A DNA stretch of 61,337 nt from Vezdaea acicularis (taxonomy: Eukaryota): the NCBI GenBank assembly GCA_026025075.1, contig JAPEUI010000046.1:62001-123337 (forward strand). Direction: 5' to 3'. Every line of letters starts with the position of its first letter. Position 1 is the stretch's first letter. Shown here one piece after another: positions 1 through 12,071 of the stretch. The position numbers were made by a program, and so were the translations under genes. The notes beneath the pieces are model-generated. The model made no database searches. It had not been told where the DNA came from and saw only the letters and a list, made by a program, of their open reading frames with translations.

Positions 1-1326
1 GGAAACCCTGAACTGCCAACAACGCCAACTTCTACAGCTGTTTAACAACCAGCGTAGCCCTTGGACAGCGGCTGTCGCTTTACAAGAACGTGAGCCGCTA
101 CTTCTGAAGGATGCGTTCCTATCCTTGACCGAATACTCTGTTTACATTGTACCGGGCCTCAACCTGGATATTCATCACATAGTGCGGTTGTGCTATGTTG
201 CTGAGATCGTGAGGGTCGTATTGGCTTTCCTCTTTAACCCTAAACCACTTCTACAGTTACCTGAACACACTAAGACCGCTCTTCGTAGAAGTTCAGAGCC
301 ACACAGTTCGGGACAGTCGGCGAGCGGATTCCTGGAGCAAATTTTGCACATTCTGCAAAGTACCCCGGCTGGCAAGCAGATTGCGCCCACAGGATCGCCG
401 GATAAGATAGCTTCAATCGTACCTCTGCTGCACGGAATAGTTTTGAAGTACGCCGTTCCATTCCTTCGGAAGACCATGATCCTTCTTCACGCGCGTTATG
501 GCGTCGATTTTTCGCAAGCTGTTCTAGATAGTGGTGAGAGGCCAGAGCTTGACAGGCTGACGGAACTCCTTCGCCTTCCTAAACTCGAGGGTGTCTTCTC
601 TAGTGGAACACAAGGTAACGCTGCAATGCTGAAAATCATGTCTGGTTGGATCAGCCACTGGGCCGCCGTTCGCGCATCGCGGAGAATGACTCTTACAACT
701 ATACTATTACCACATCCAACTATTTTTGAACTTGTCGGATTACCAGAAACCTTTGACTTCTTAATAGACGAGTCGATGAAGTGGCAGTGTCCTACAACTG
801 GCAAGGAAATGACCGATCCAACTGTTTGCCTTTTGTGTGGAGTCGTTGTGTGTAGCCAAGCTCTATGTTGCATGCAAGGCGATCTTGGGGGCGCCAATAT
901 TCACCTCAAGAAGTAAGTTCCTTAAACCTTCAAAAACGTGGATTAATGATCATTGCAAATGGCTAATACAATCTTCAATGCTACAGGTGTGGAGGTACGA
1001 TAGGTCTTTTTCTCCATATCCGCAAATGCGTCGTTCTCGCCCTTCACGATCAGCATGGCTCATGGCTAGCATCGCCCTACATGGACAAATACGGAGAATC
1101 TGATCCAAGCCTGAGGTGAGGTTCCTCCCTCCACAGGAACAAATTCGGTATATATAACCATTGAACTGACTGACGTGCTTGTTCTAGACGAAATCGCCAG
1201 TTATATCTTAATCAAAAACGCTACGACGCGTTATTGAGGAACATCTGGCTGAACCACATGATCCCTGCAACGATATCACGAAAACTTGAAGCAGATAACA
1301 ACAGTGGGGGCTGGGAGAGTCTTTGA
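1..1326 (+). CDS. UBR1: N-end rule E3 ubiquitin ligase UBR1, C-terminal part (5' truncated by window edge)
   Basis: C-terminal UBR domain motifs CPTTGKEMTDPTVCLLCG, then spliced exons CGGTIGLFLHIRKC...SPYMDKYGESD and LYLNQKRYDALLRNIWLNH...GGWESL*. Introns ~913-986 and ~1116-1187. Stop TGA 1324-1326. Confidence 0.92.
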
Positions 1327-1700
1327 TGCTGTCACGAACTAGATACTATCTAATGTCTCAACGGAGTTTGAGGGACGGCGGGAGCCTGGTAGCTTGGTTT
1401 TGATGTAGCATTATGATGCGTGGCTGCTATGCATTATGAAAGCGAGTCTAGTACAATAGATAAACCAATCCGAGAAGAACTGAACAATAGCTATGGTACC
1501 AACAATTAACGATGATTGACAAGATTGCTATGCTAAGTGAGCTGGCAACGTTGTATGAAGCTAGATTCGTAGCTCTCATACCTTTTTGTCTACGTTTTGC
1601 TATCTGCTTTGCTATTTGCGCAGCGTACCCCAGAGAGCCTTAGACCAACAAAAAGTCATCATTCCGTCTGAAATGCTCGCTGGCTGTGACTCCAATGAGA

Positions 1701-4700
1701 TTATCTGTGCCCACGATATCCCCTATCATTCCTTGGCCCTTGATAGTACCCATTGTCTCTACCTCCCCCATGCCCGTAACCCTGTCCACCATATCCACCT
1801 CTAGCGCCTCCACCATAGCCTTCAACATATCCCCGTTGAGGTGGTGGAGGCGGGCCACCGTAGCCCTGCCCTGGCGGCGCATACCCAAAGTCCATACCCG
1901 GAGGAGGGCCAGCAATGGTCGGACCTCTAACCCCTGGCGGCGGCCCATAACTTTGTGGTGCGTTCCCAGACCCTGATTGATTTGAGTGAGGCCTCGTCTG
2001 GGGGCGGAAAAAGTCCGATCCGCGCCTCCTGCCTTGGAAATTATTATCGTTGTCGTAACCACCGCGAATTGGAGCGCCGCCATAGCTTCCACCTGATCGG
2101 CTGGCCATCGCTTTGATCTTTGCTTTGTCCGCTCCGTCGAGCTTTGCAGGTGGAAGTTGGACACCGGCGAGGAGCATCGATTTGTGGATATGGCTTGTCT
2201 TTGGAATTTCGTAAAAGGTGCTGTAAGAGCGTTAGCATTGAATGGTAGTGAGTGTATATTATCATAAAGTTACATACCTAATTGAATTGTCTGTCTCGAT
2301 GTCAGGCATGCTGCCACCCTGAAAAGGGAACATGAGTGAACCCTGAGGGATCGATGCTTCGTCTTTTTCAACTTTGCCGGAGAGGCCCTCGCTTATTCTG
2401 GGATTCAGCTTGAACTTCGGTGCGCCTTGTTTCTTTGAGAAGAAATTTGCGGCAATTTCGTTGTATAAGGGGTGGCTATCTGATATGAGGAGTGCGTCTT
2501 TTCCTACTGAGTTCCGAGTAGCTTCCTCCGTAGTTAGTTTGGGGTAGACCTTTTGCATGGCCGAGAGCAATTTGTTTTCGTCAATCCAAGGGAGAAGAGC
2601 GACACCTTGCCATGCGAACTTCTTTCCGTTCAAATCGACCACAAAATCCTCGGGATAGAACTCGATGATCTCGCTATCTTCATCCGTCATAAGCGGATGA
2701 AAGACTTTAGGCAATGTGTGTCTCGAGGCAGCTGGTAGAACTCCCATCAACTGCTCAAAGGGTCTGAACGGTTTTCCCTTTGCAAATGATACTTCCATCT
2801 TATCTAAATCCTTGAAGTCTGCTGCAAATGGCGCATAGTGATACGGATAATACCATGTCCAGGACGGGCAACCTTGGAAATAGTAGAGTAAGACCCAAGC
2901 CAACCCTTCTGCGTAAGCTCTTGCAACTTTGTGACGAAATTCAATATCCTTAGGATCAACGCCAAACTTTTGTTCATAATACCTATCTGCATAGCCATCT
3001 TCCCACAGCCTCACTGTATCAGGAGGAGGCTCATCACCCGTAGATTGAGGTGTGACTGGCGTATTTGGGGTACTGGAGTCTGTATCGTTATTCGCGTTGT
3101 CCTCCATTAGTTCGGCTTTGCGCTTTCCTAGGGCACTTTGTGGTGTCTGTGGTGCATCCCCACTTGTACTTGGAGCTTCTTTGGAATCTGCTGTGGTCCT
3201 ATGTAGCATTTGATCCTTCAGAATTGCAGCTGCGCTTCTATTTTCTGCATCGGCCTTTATGGTAGCGCCACGGTTGACCACCATTTCGTGGGTTAGTGCG
3301 TTTGCTTGTCTGCCGTCATTATCCTTCCCGGGCTTAAAGAGAGGCAAGTCGGGAGGTGCAAGCGTAGGATTGCCAAGGAAGTTACGACCGTTGCTTCGGC
3401 CTTGACCATTTGAAGAGAAATCATTGAAGCGACGAGCATTTCTATCATTTCTGTTTTGTTCCTCAATTTTCCTCCTTTTTGTATTTGCCTCTCTCCTTTG
3501 CTCTGCTTGTCTTCTGCGTCGGAAAATACCGTCTTCTAACTTGGCTAAGTCATCTAGGATATACTGAGCTCGTTTCATGTCGACCTGGCCGTCTTTCGTG
3601 ACATATCCACCCATGTTATGAAAGCTGTCCCTCCATATTCCGATCAGGGTGTCGATACCTTTGTCTCTGATATCCAAACTTGGAAGATGCGGTAGAAAGT
3701 CGTTACCAACAAAGAAGCACATGAAAACCCAATCATCTAAAGCTCGCTCGAGATCATTTGGGAAGTCAGGTATGTACATTTCTTCCTTGAGATATTCCCG
3801 AAGAACAGATACGTGGAGCCATATATATGGTTTATTTGGGGCAGCGTGCTGCTTTTCATCGAATTCACCCTGCTTCTTCTTCGCCGTGCCTTGGCATTCA
3901 TCGGCCTTGTGCCCTACCTGGCCACATATATGACAAGTTCGGGGTTTACTGTCTTGAGCAAAGACATCTTCGCGAAGTATGCGGAAGTGGGGCTCATGAG
4001 TAGCCAACCCAAGCATGATAAGATCAGCATCAAGACCATAAATCACATGCCGGGTATTGGGGTCATGCTGCGGGGACGATCTTTGTGATCGAATGAACTC
4101 CATGACCTTGTGCTCTCCCTCGCCAGGAACAGTGGCATCGGATATGATGACTTTAAGCTTCGCCCACGCAGGTTCTGTGTTCAACTTGTAGGCTGTCCAA
4201 TATCGAAGAGAAGAAGCCAGAATATCCATAAACGGTGTACCAGGTGTGATTGCATTACTGTCCCAAGTCTTTTGAGGCTTTGTTGGCCCACCATCATCCA
4301 CTTTTTTCCCGTCAGACTTCGCCTGAAACATCCTAAAGTACTCGGCTGCCTCCTCGTCCTTTTCCTTCGCCTCTTGGGCGGATCGAAATCGTCGCGAACG
4401 TTGCTGGTTCATTTTTGCTCTGGGAGCAACGCCATCTGTAAATAGAGAACGAATTAGCTTCAAATCATAAGGTATCTGAGGGACATAAGAATCTAAGACG
4501 TCGTACCCCCTCAAGATGTGTAGATTTCAGTGGAAACAGCAGCAAATCTCGAGGAGGATTTCTTTCTTCTCCACAGTACGATTCTTTGTTATATGAACGT
4601 ACCAACTGCAATCATCAACAGCTTCCTGGGACGGACCATGTTGACTATTCTCTCGGTATACTTGAATATTTCCATCATCATCTCTTGCTCCGTCTCTGGC

Positions 4701-4908
4701 GCGGGTCTATCTTCGGGGTGAGAGCAAGGATGGACAATATTATTCATATCTAAGTAAAGATTATCCATCTCTTCTCCACAAGGATTCGGACCTCTAAGGT
4801 CGACTGGGATTTTGACGCCATCGACCTCCTGCTCCGGCTCCTCGATCACTTTGGTGATGATCTTCGGATACTTGTCCTGTAGCCATCGGAATAGAGCTGG
4901 GACACCCA
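1701..4908 (-). CDS. RAT1: 5'-3' exoribonuclease 2 (Rat1/Dhp1/XRN2)
   Basis: [83 protein letters not shown] knuckle and RGG/Gly-Tyr tail. Introns 4602-4436 and 2277-2221. Confidence 0.97.
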
Positions 4909-5632
4909 TGCCTCTTGCTTATTAGCTCTCCGTGAATGCCCAGCAAGCATTTGAGTGCGGAGTATTCCTGTTAAGATGCTTCGGCGCAAGTCGTATACTA
5001 GCGGGTTGCTTCGACTGTGGTATTGATAAAACAGATTTCCTCAAGTATATGAACAGCTTCGTAGTCTTGGGTAGATTTCACTGGTCAAAGTTTAAGATCC
5101 ATGTAGCAAGATGCTGATGTAGTTGTTCAAAGGTGGAGAAATCTCTCAGAAAGAAAAGCTGATGGCGAGATTTGCGAATAAAGGTGAGTGTGACTATTGT
5201 AGCGGAGATTTTGGGAATCTATAACGTCGAATGCTGTTGAAAAATCCAAGTTTGTACAGGGAATACCTAGAAATTCGTTGTGGAAAATGTCATGAACTTC
5301 GGAAGCACGTAAGGTAAGAGGCTTCGAAACTGAAAGTAGGGCTGGCCAAAGAGAATTAGATTCCGGCGCGCTGCGCGTACTGGGGCACGTCTACTGTAGC
5401 CGGCTTTAGGCGAAGTAGAAACAGGGGTCTACCGAGAAGGGGCAGCCTGGACCGGGCAAAATACCAAAATTTTAGGTGATTTGGCGACCGTGGAACGCCA
5501 ATCAACCTTGTGAGGGACATGCCGACAACCACTATGCGCATCTTGTCAATTGACACACCTTCAGCGATCCAGCAATGACCATAGCGGCCTGATGTTTCTA
5601 CGAGCTATGAGTGAGAGGAGACGGTTAGAGCT

Positions 5633-8600
5633 ATGTTCGGGATTCTGCAAGGCCAAGCGCCAGCGAAGCAGACAGCCACCGACACAATCAATACCCTGAG
5701 TGCCCGACTTTCCACGGCAACATTGCTGGAAGATCGGCGAGCGGCGATACAAGGCTTGCGAAGCTTTGCTAGGGCATATCCCGCGTCGGTGGCCTCTGGA
5801 GCGTTACGGAACTTGATTGTGTGCCTAAGCAAGGATTCTGAAGATGTCGACACAGCTAAGGCTATATTGGAAACCCTGTTGATGCTTTTCCGGCCAGATG
5901 AGAATAGTGTATGGTATTTTGCTCAGAATACATGCTTAGTGAAGGGGCTAACTACCGTGGCAGCCGGAAGCTTCTGAGGATATTGCGTTTTGGCTAGCAG
6001 ACGAGTTTACTCAGGTACAGACTCTTTGCGATCAGGGATGGGACTTCCTATTGATAGTCGCTTAGAGACAAGATAATATAACTGTTCTTCTCGACCTTCT
6101 AGATCAGCCTGATTTCTTCTCACGCCTCTTATCACTTCAGCTATTAGGGTCCATCCGACTGGCAAGGGAAGAAAGGACGCAAGAATGTATATTAAACGCG
6201 CCCCTAGGGATATCGAGGCTTGCTGCCATCTTGGACGATAGACGGGATGCTATCAGGAATGGTGGGACAACATTGCTTCTAGCATCATGCTGCTGACGTA
6301 TTCGGAGTGCTGACATTTGTTAGAGGGTCTCTTACTGTTAGCAGGATTGACACCCTCCTCGTCTGAACTTCAAAAGCTAGTCGCATTTGAGAATGCCTTT
6401 GACCGCATCTTTAATATCATCAATACTGAAGGGGGGTTACTTCAGGGTGGCATTATTGTGCAGGATTGCCTCTCGTTATTAGCTAATCTCCTTCGCCTTA
6501 ATCCCTCCAATCAATCATTCTTTAGGGAGACCGGTTGTGTCGTCAAGCTTACCAAACTCATCAGCGACGTAGTGGGCCGACAGGATGTCGAGAATACTGC
6601 AGAATGGGAGAGGACGCAGAGTGATAAAAATCTGTGGGGGGTTCTTGCTGTATTGCGACTGTTTCTAGTTCAGGGAGGACTCGGCACTCAAGCAAATCAA
6701 AACTCATTTTGGCAAAGTGGGGTACTATTGCAAGTTCTGCAGCTTGCATTTAGCAAATCAACAGGTGTTACGATAAGAGCAGAGGTATGAAAGACACCAA
6801 TGTTTGAGGTTGGAGGGCGCCATTCACTGAATTCAAATTTTAGGCTTTGAAGACATGTGCAGATCTTATTAGAGGCAATCGAAGCCTTCAGGAAAGATTT
6901 GCACAGTTGCAGGTGAAGTCTCTTCTGGATGGTCACGATTCTTTGCCAAATGGCGACTCTCAGCAAAACGGTGTTCCGAAGGTTTATGTTGTAGATGGTC
7001 TCTTAGAAGTAACGCTTGCGGAGCACTCAAACGTTGCCTTTGATGCCCGGATAGCTGCCTGTGACTGCATCAAAGCATATATCTTCAACCACAACGAGAT
7101 CCGACAGCATTTCCTAGATCAAGCCATCAAAGTATATCTCTCAGGTGTTGGAGAAGTTACTAATGTTCTGACAGCGCTGTTGGTACCCGAAGACACTTTC
7201 AAAGCTAAAGATCCTTATCGACAATGGCTAGCTGCAGTCATTTTGATGCATCTAATCTACGACAACTCCTCCGCTAAGACAAAGGCCATGGGCGTAACTG
7301 AAGGTGATGCTGAGAGTGGTGAGGAGGTTGTCACTTTCATCCAGAGTTTGACTGGTATCCTTGTGGCGGGTATTGAAGCAAGAGATGATGAGCGAATTCC
7401 TGTGGGCTATCTGATGCTACTTTGCATCTGGATGTTCGAGGACCCTGACGCCGTCAACGACTTTCTTGGCGAAGGCAACAGCATTCAAAGTCTCGTACAA
7501 GCCGTTATACAAGGGGGAACTGATTTGGTTATTGTCCAAGGACTCTGCGCGATACTGTTGGGCATAATATATGAGTTCTCTACCAAGGATTCACCTATAC
7601 CTCGGGCAACTCTCCATCCCATCTTGGCATCACGTATGGGCCGTGAGCAGTATATTGATAGGATCACAAGGCTTAGAGAGCACCCGCTCTTACGCGACTA
7701 TGAGGTTCTCCCACAGAATCTTGATCCGGAGCAACCAACAGTGCTACCAGAGGTATACTTTGATAAATTGTTTGTCGATTTTATCAAAGATAATTTTAGT
7801 CGGTTGATACGGGCGATCGACAGAGATCCCGGAATGGAAATTCCGGTAATTGCCAACGGAATTCAAAAGGGAATTTCCAGAGAACTGGTGGACTCTTTAC
7901 GCACCCAACTTGAAGATAAAAGCCAATCACTGGAGAGCGCAAAAGAAGAATTGATCACGCTAGAAAGAAAGTTAGGGCAAGAGCAAGCCGACCACCGCAG
8001 ATCTAAAGAAACTGCAGCGGTCGAATTGAATAGAATTAAGTTCATCAACGAAAGCCTTCATAAAAGCCACAACGATCAGATCGACGAGCTTCAGAAAGAG
8101 CACGCGCGATCCATGGACCAAGCCCAGAAGCAATACCAGAGCTCGATCCAGGCAGTCGAAGCACAGCTCGATCAGGTCGGAAGAGAGGCGGACGAAGCAT
8201 TGAAGAAAGTGCGTGAAAGGCACGCTGCCGAAACCACAGACCTTAACGAACGAATCGCAGCATTGGAGGCCAACCTGGAGAAGGCCAACAAAGACCATAT
8301 ACAGGATCTGAAAATTGCTGACGAAGAATTCACGTCTCAGAGGTTGGCTCTGGAATCTCGCATGAAGAGAGCAGAAGAAAGGAGTGAGGAAGCAGAGACT
8401 CGAGCAAATCGAGCGGAACAGAAGCTTACTGAGGCCGAGTTCACGGCAGCAAAGGCCTGTAAATTAAGTGATGAGAACGAAGAAGCCCGAAAGGGCGTGC
8501 AGACGGAGCTTGATGATCTACTCATGGTTCTACAAGACCTCGAAGAGAAACGAACAAACGATAAGGTAAGTCCAAACCGTCCAGTTCTCATTGAGGGTGT

Positions 8601-8710
8601 AGCTGAAGAGGCAGCAGAAACGACTCAAGGCGCTTGGAGAAGAGGTCTCCGACGTGGAAGAGGATGAGGAGGAAGATGAAACGGAAGCTGGGGCTGATGA
8701 AGTTGATTGA
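5633..8710 (+). CDS. USO1: ER-Golgi vesicle tethering factor Uso1/p115
   Basis: ATLLEDRRAAIQGLRSF, QKLVAFENAFDRIF, IVQDCLSLLANLLRLNPSNQSFFRE, long C-terminal coiled coil, ELDDLL..L.DLEEK and acidic tail. Five canonical introns. Confidence 0.95.
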
Positions 8711-9939
8711 GGTTCTGATTTTGTTGATATTTGCAAGATTTGGTTTGCATTCCGCGATGATATCCAGTCGAGGGAAGAGCTGCATTGTAAGATTACTAGC
8801 CTTCGTACTGAATTCGCTACAAAAATTCGCGAGATTATCCATTAGTGCCATCCAGCGTCCATGTTGATTGACGGCAAGGCATTGGCTCAATGGACTGGGC
8901 GGTGAAAGCAAGTGGGTATAACCTAGCAATGCAGCCTTATGCAAACAGGGTAATCGCTGCAAACGCCTCGTCCAAGTGGATGAATGCCGTATGTCGTGCG
9001 TTTGCAAATGCCCGTAGGATTGCCCCGAGACAGTTGGCCGTCTCTCGACGTGGGACTTTCAGAAAAGTGACCGTTTCCAAGGAAGAGTATGCCGCGTCAA
9101 TGGCGAGTATCAATTAAAGCCTACCGCTGCGGACTGGCTCTGCATGACGTCTGCGCGACGAGAGACGTTGTTAGATAGTTGGTCGTCTCTACAGTTCCCT
9201 TAAAGGCTCGGCAACGGTCATCCGACGCGGAGGCCGAACTCCTCGTCTCCACTGGACGAACACGTTGACACCATACTATGGTGCTCCAATTGGGCGTCCA
9301 TTGCATTGGCCCTCTCAACTGCTAGGCTTTCACCCTGGGCTTCGAACGCCTTTTCCATCCGCAATGATGCAACGTTCCGCAGCATGTTCAGAGTGTCCGA
9401 ATGAATGCCGATACAGATCACCGGCGCCGCGGCTGCGACCAACCGTAGACGGGCCAAGCGCACATCCCACTACGGGTTCCTACCGACGGATTGCCTGGCG
9501 CTACCACCAACTGAACTACTGACTAAATAGTTGAACGCTGATTCCGGCGCAAGTTTGCTGAGATCGAATGTCACTACTTCTGCTGTCAGAACGGGAACGC
9601 AGCCGTGGGCAGAATCGTTCGGACCGACCCTCTGTACTCTCGTGGGAAAATATCTGTCGCCCACCAAGAAGCGAGGACGGGCCATGACAACACATACGTC
9701 TGCCAGCAGAATCAGCGGCCCTTCGTCGCCCAAGCTGCGGTCGCTCCTTCACTGCCTGCGACGTGGGAAGTGCAGGATGGGTAAGACCATCTCGTGAGAT
9801 ACATTTTCGCTTTCTCTCAGACAAAATCTCATCTGGGATGGGGCAACGCCGCCCTTGTCCATGACTGAATCCTGGCCTAATTTTCCAGCCAACTGCGTCT
9901 CTTCTAGCTGCAACTGTCACGCCCAGATGCCTCTGTCAG

Positions 9940-10298
9940 CCAATATCCAGCATCTCCGTCTCCCAATTACCCCCTCCATAACCCCTCCTCCCGCCAATAG
10001 CCTCTCTGTTCGGCAGTCGCGGTCCCCATGACGGATGTCTGTTAGTCTATCAATCTCTATCAGACCAATGATCGCCCCGCCCTTCCGCCAGTGCCCCACT
10101 AAGGGATTGGGGGGCTAGTCAGGTGGGAGGGTGGCCTTGCGACGTGAGAGGAGGATGAGGAGGAGGGCAAGGGCTCGAGGAGGGATCTGTCGGTGAAGAG
10201 ATAACAGGATGTCATGATCGAGAGCGGGGTCGCTGCCCTCGAGGGGGGAAGGACTCGATCTCGACGGAGGCAAGGGGTAGGGAGAATGGACTATAAAA
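9940..10298 (+). promoter_or_regulatory. CCAAT-box cluster plus TATA box upstream of the KXD1-like gene
   Basis: CCAAT at 9940, 9963, 9994 and 10065, ATTGG at 10106, TATAAAA at 10292. Confidence 0.5.
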
Positions 10299-10566
10299 GG
10301 GAGGACGATTCCCGTCTCGAGCTGGACTCCTTCCTCTTCCTTTTCTATAACTCTCTACAGAACCATCCTTCCCATACAAACGCTTCCTCACACTAGCAAA
10401 CAGTCTTCGGGTCCTTACTGCCGTAGCCCACCCATTACTTCATTGTATTATTGTACTACTCTAGTACAACTCATACCTTCCCGTTCTTCTCTACAGACAA
10501 TCTTACTCCACCTCCACTATACCTACACTGTCACCCTCAGTTCCCTGTCACCTTATAACCGTCGCC

Positions 10567-11306
10567 ATGTCTGCTCAGCAAGCCTACTACTACCCACAAC
10601 AGCCGACCATGCCCATCGCTGTCGCGGGCAAGTCATCCTATCACGTACACCCTCATCCGCAAAACGCCTATCGGCTCCCGTCCGCATCGCCGCCGGAGGC
10701 TCCGTACAGCTCCACTGCCTCCGGCACGGGCTCCACCGTCCCATCCTATAGCGCATCTTCTAGCAGCTACGGCGGCAGCACCAGCGGCGATTATGATGCT
10801 CCTGCTTCCAGTGTCGATCTCATGGACTTGCTGAACGATCGCATGGCCAACGTCTACGACCCAATGCCAATGGATCGTCAGATGGTGAACCAAGCGCAAA
10901 CGTAAGTCTTACCATCATTCCCTTCCCTTCCCTTGGCGCTGTCGCATGGTTCTCCTTACGATCAAAATTCACAAAGCTGACGTTTGGATAGCTCCGGCGC
11001 GCTCAATGCGAAGCAGCGCGAACTCCTTGAATTGCAAGCGCTCGCACAGTCGCGGCTTGCTTCTACTCGCGCCAACTTCGCCGACGGCATGAAAGCTGCC
11101 AAAGAAGTCAAGCGCGATCTGGAATGGACACAGAAGAGGGTAACGTAAGTCGAAATCTTCATGCCTACAAAACTGTCGCGGTATCATTTTCTCACGATCA
11201 CTGCTAACGCGACATGGTAAATAGCGCACTCAAGGGCAAAGCGGAGCGGAAACATCCAAAACAGTACGAGGCAGCTCGCGCTCGTTATCCGTCGCCCGAA
11301 TACTAA
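10567..11306 (+). CDS. KXD1: KxDL-domain protein (BLOC-1/BORC subunit KXD1-like) with Ser/Pro/Tyr-rich N-terminal extension
   Basis: Exons 10567-10901, 10992-11144 and 11225-11306 give ...QAQTSGALNAKQRELLELQALAQSRL...AKEVKRDLEWTQKRVTALK...; KxDL motif in a coiled coil; both introns are GTAAGT..GCTRAC..TAG. Confidence 0.8.
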
Positions 11307-12071
11307 ACGGACGCACTTTTCACGACATCCACGAATTTCTCATATCGGCGGCCAAAATTTCCATTTTCTGCGCTCGTTCAATATCTCTCTATTAATCTGC
11401 TTTCTCGTCATTTCTTCCATTTCCTACTCGTCGTCTTATGACGAAGTTAAACGATGTCGTCAGGTAAGGCTGTAGGGCTGAGACAGACACGCGAGGGGTG
11501 TGACTGCTCTTCTCGTTTACCCCGCGTTTTCCAGGTACCTGCCACACATCTCGCCGCTTTTGCGCTGCACCTCATGTGCTGTACCTGCGCATACGCGCGC
11601 TTGTGACGGGAGGGCTTCTTATTGGTTGGGCGGGCTGCGTTTGCTGCGAAAGGGTGGGCTGGAGCTGCTTTGTAAGGCGTTCCTGCTGCTTGATTGGCTC
11701 ACCGAGGGTTCGGTCTGGTTGCTGTGGCTCAGCAATGGCGGCGAATAGCTATCAAGTTGTCTATCATGGTTCTTGAGTCCTTGACGCAACGCTATGCTGA
11801 GTGATCGTGAGGCTGGTGAGACTTGTGGCTGGGGCGTGAGCGAGTGCTGATGGTCATACCTATATCGTACACAAGCGCCTAATGAGCACTGACTGCAATG
11901 CTGGAGCACCTATCCAATAGCCAGTTATGAGCCAGCTGCTCCTCATAGCCCTCCTCCTTGCGATGCCCCTCCAAGCCGGTTGGTCAGATCTTCCCGTTTC
12001 GGCTGAGTCCAAGCAAACATGGAGGCATCCCGCCAGGCAAGCACTGGCCTGCATGACAAATAATGCCCCCC

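Noticed and set aside
1640..2164. 174-aa overlapping ORF at the RAT1 3' end
   Set aside because: Alternative frame of the GC-rich RGG tail; splicing leads into the frame ending at 1701.
8760..9900. Short ORFs between USO1 and KXD1
   Set aside because: No recognisable motifs or coherent exon structure.
11464..11500. GCTGAGA in the putative UTR intron as a TPP riboswitch
   Set aside because: The downstream TPP core elements are missing and the gene is unrelated to thiamine.
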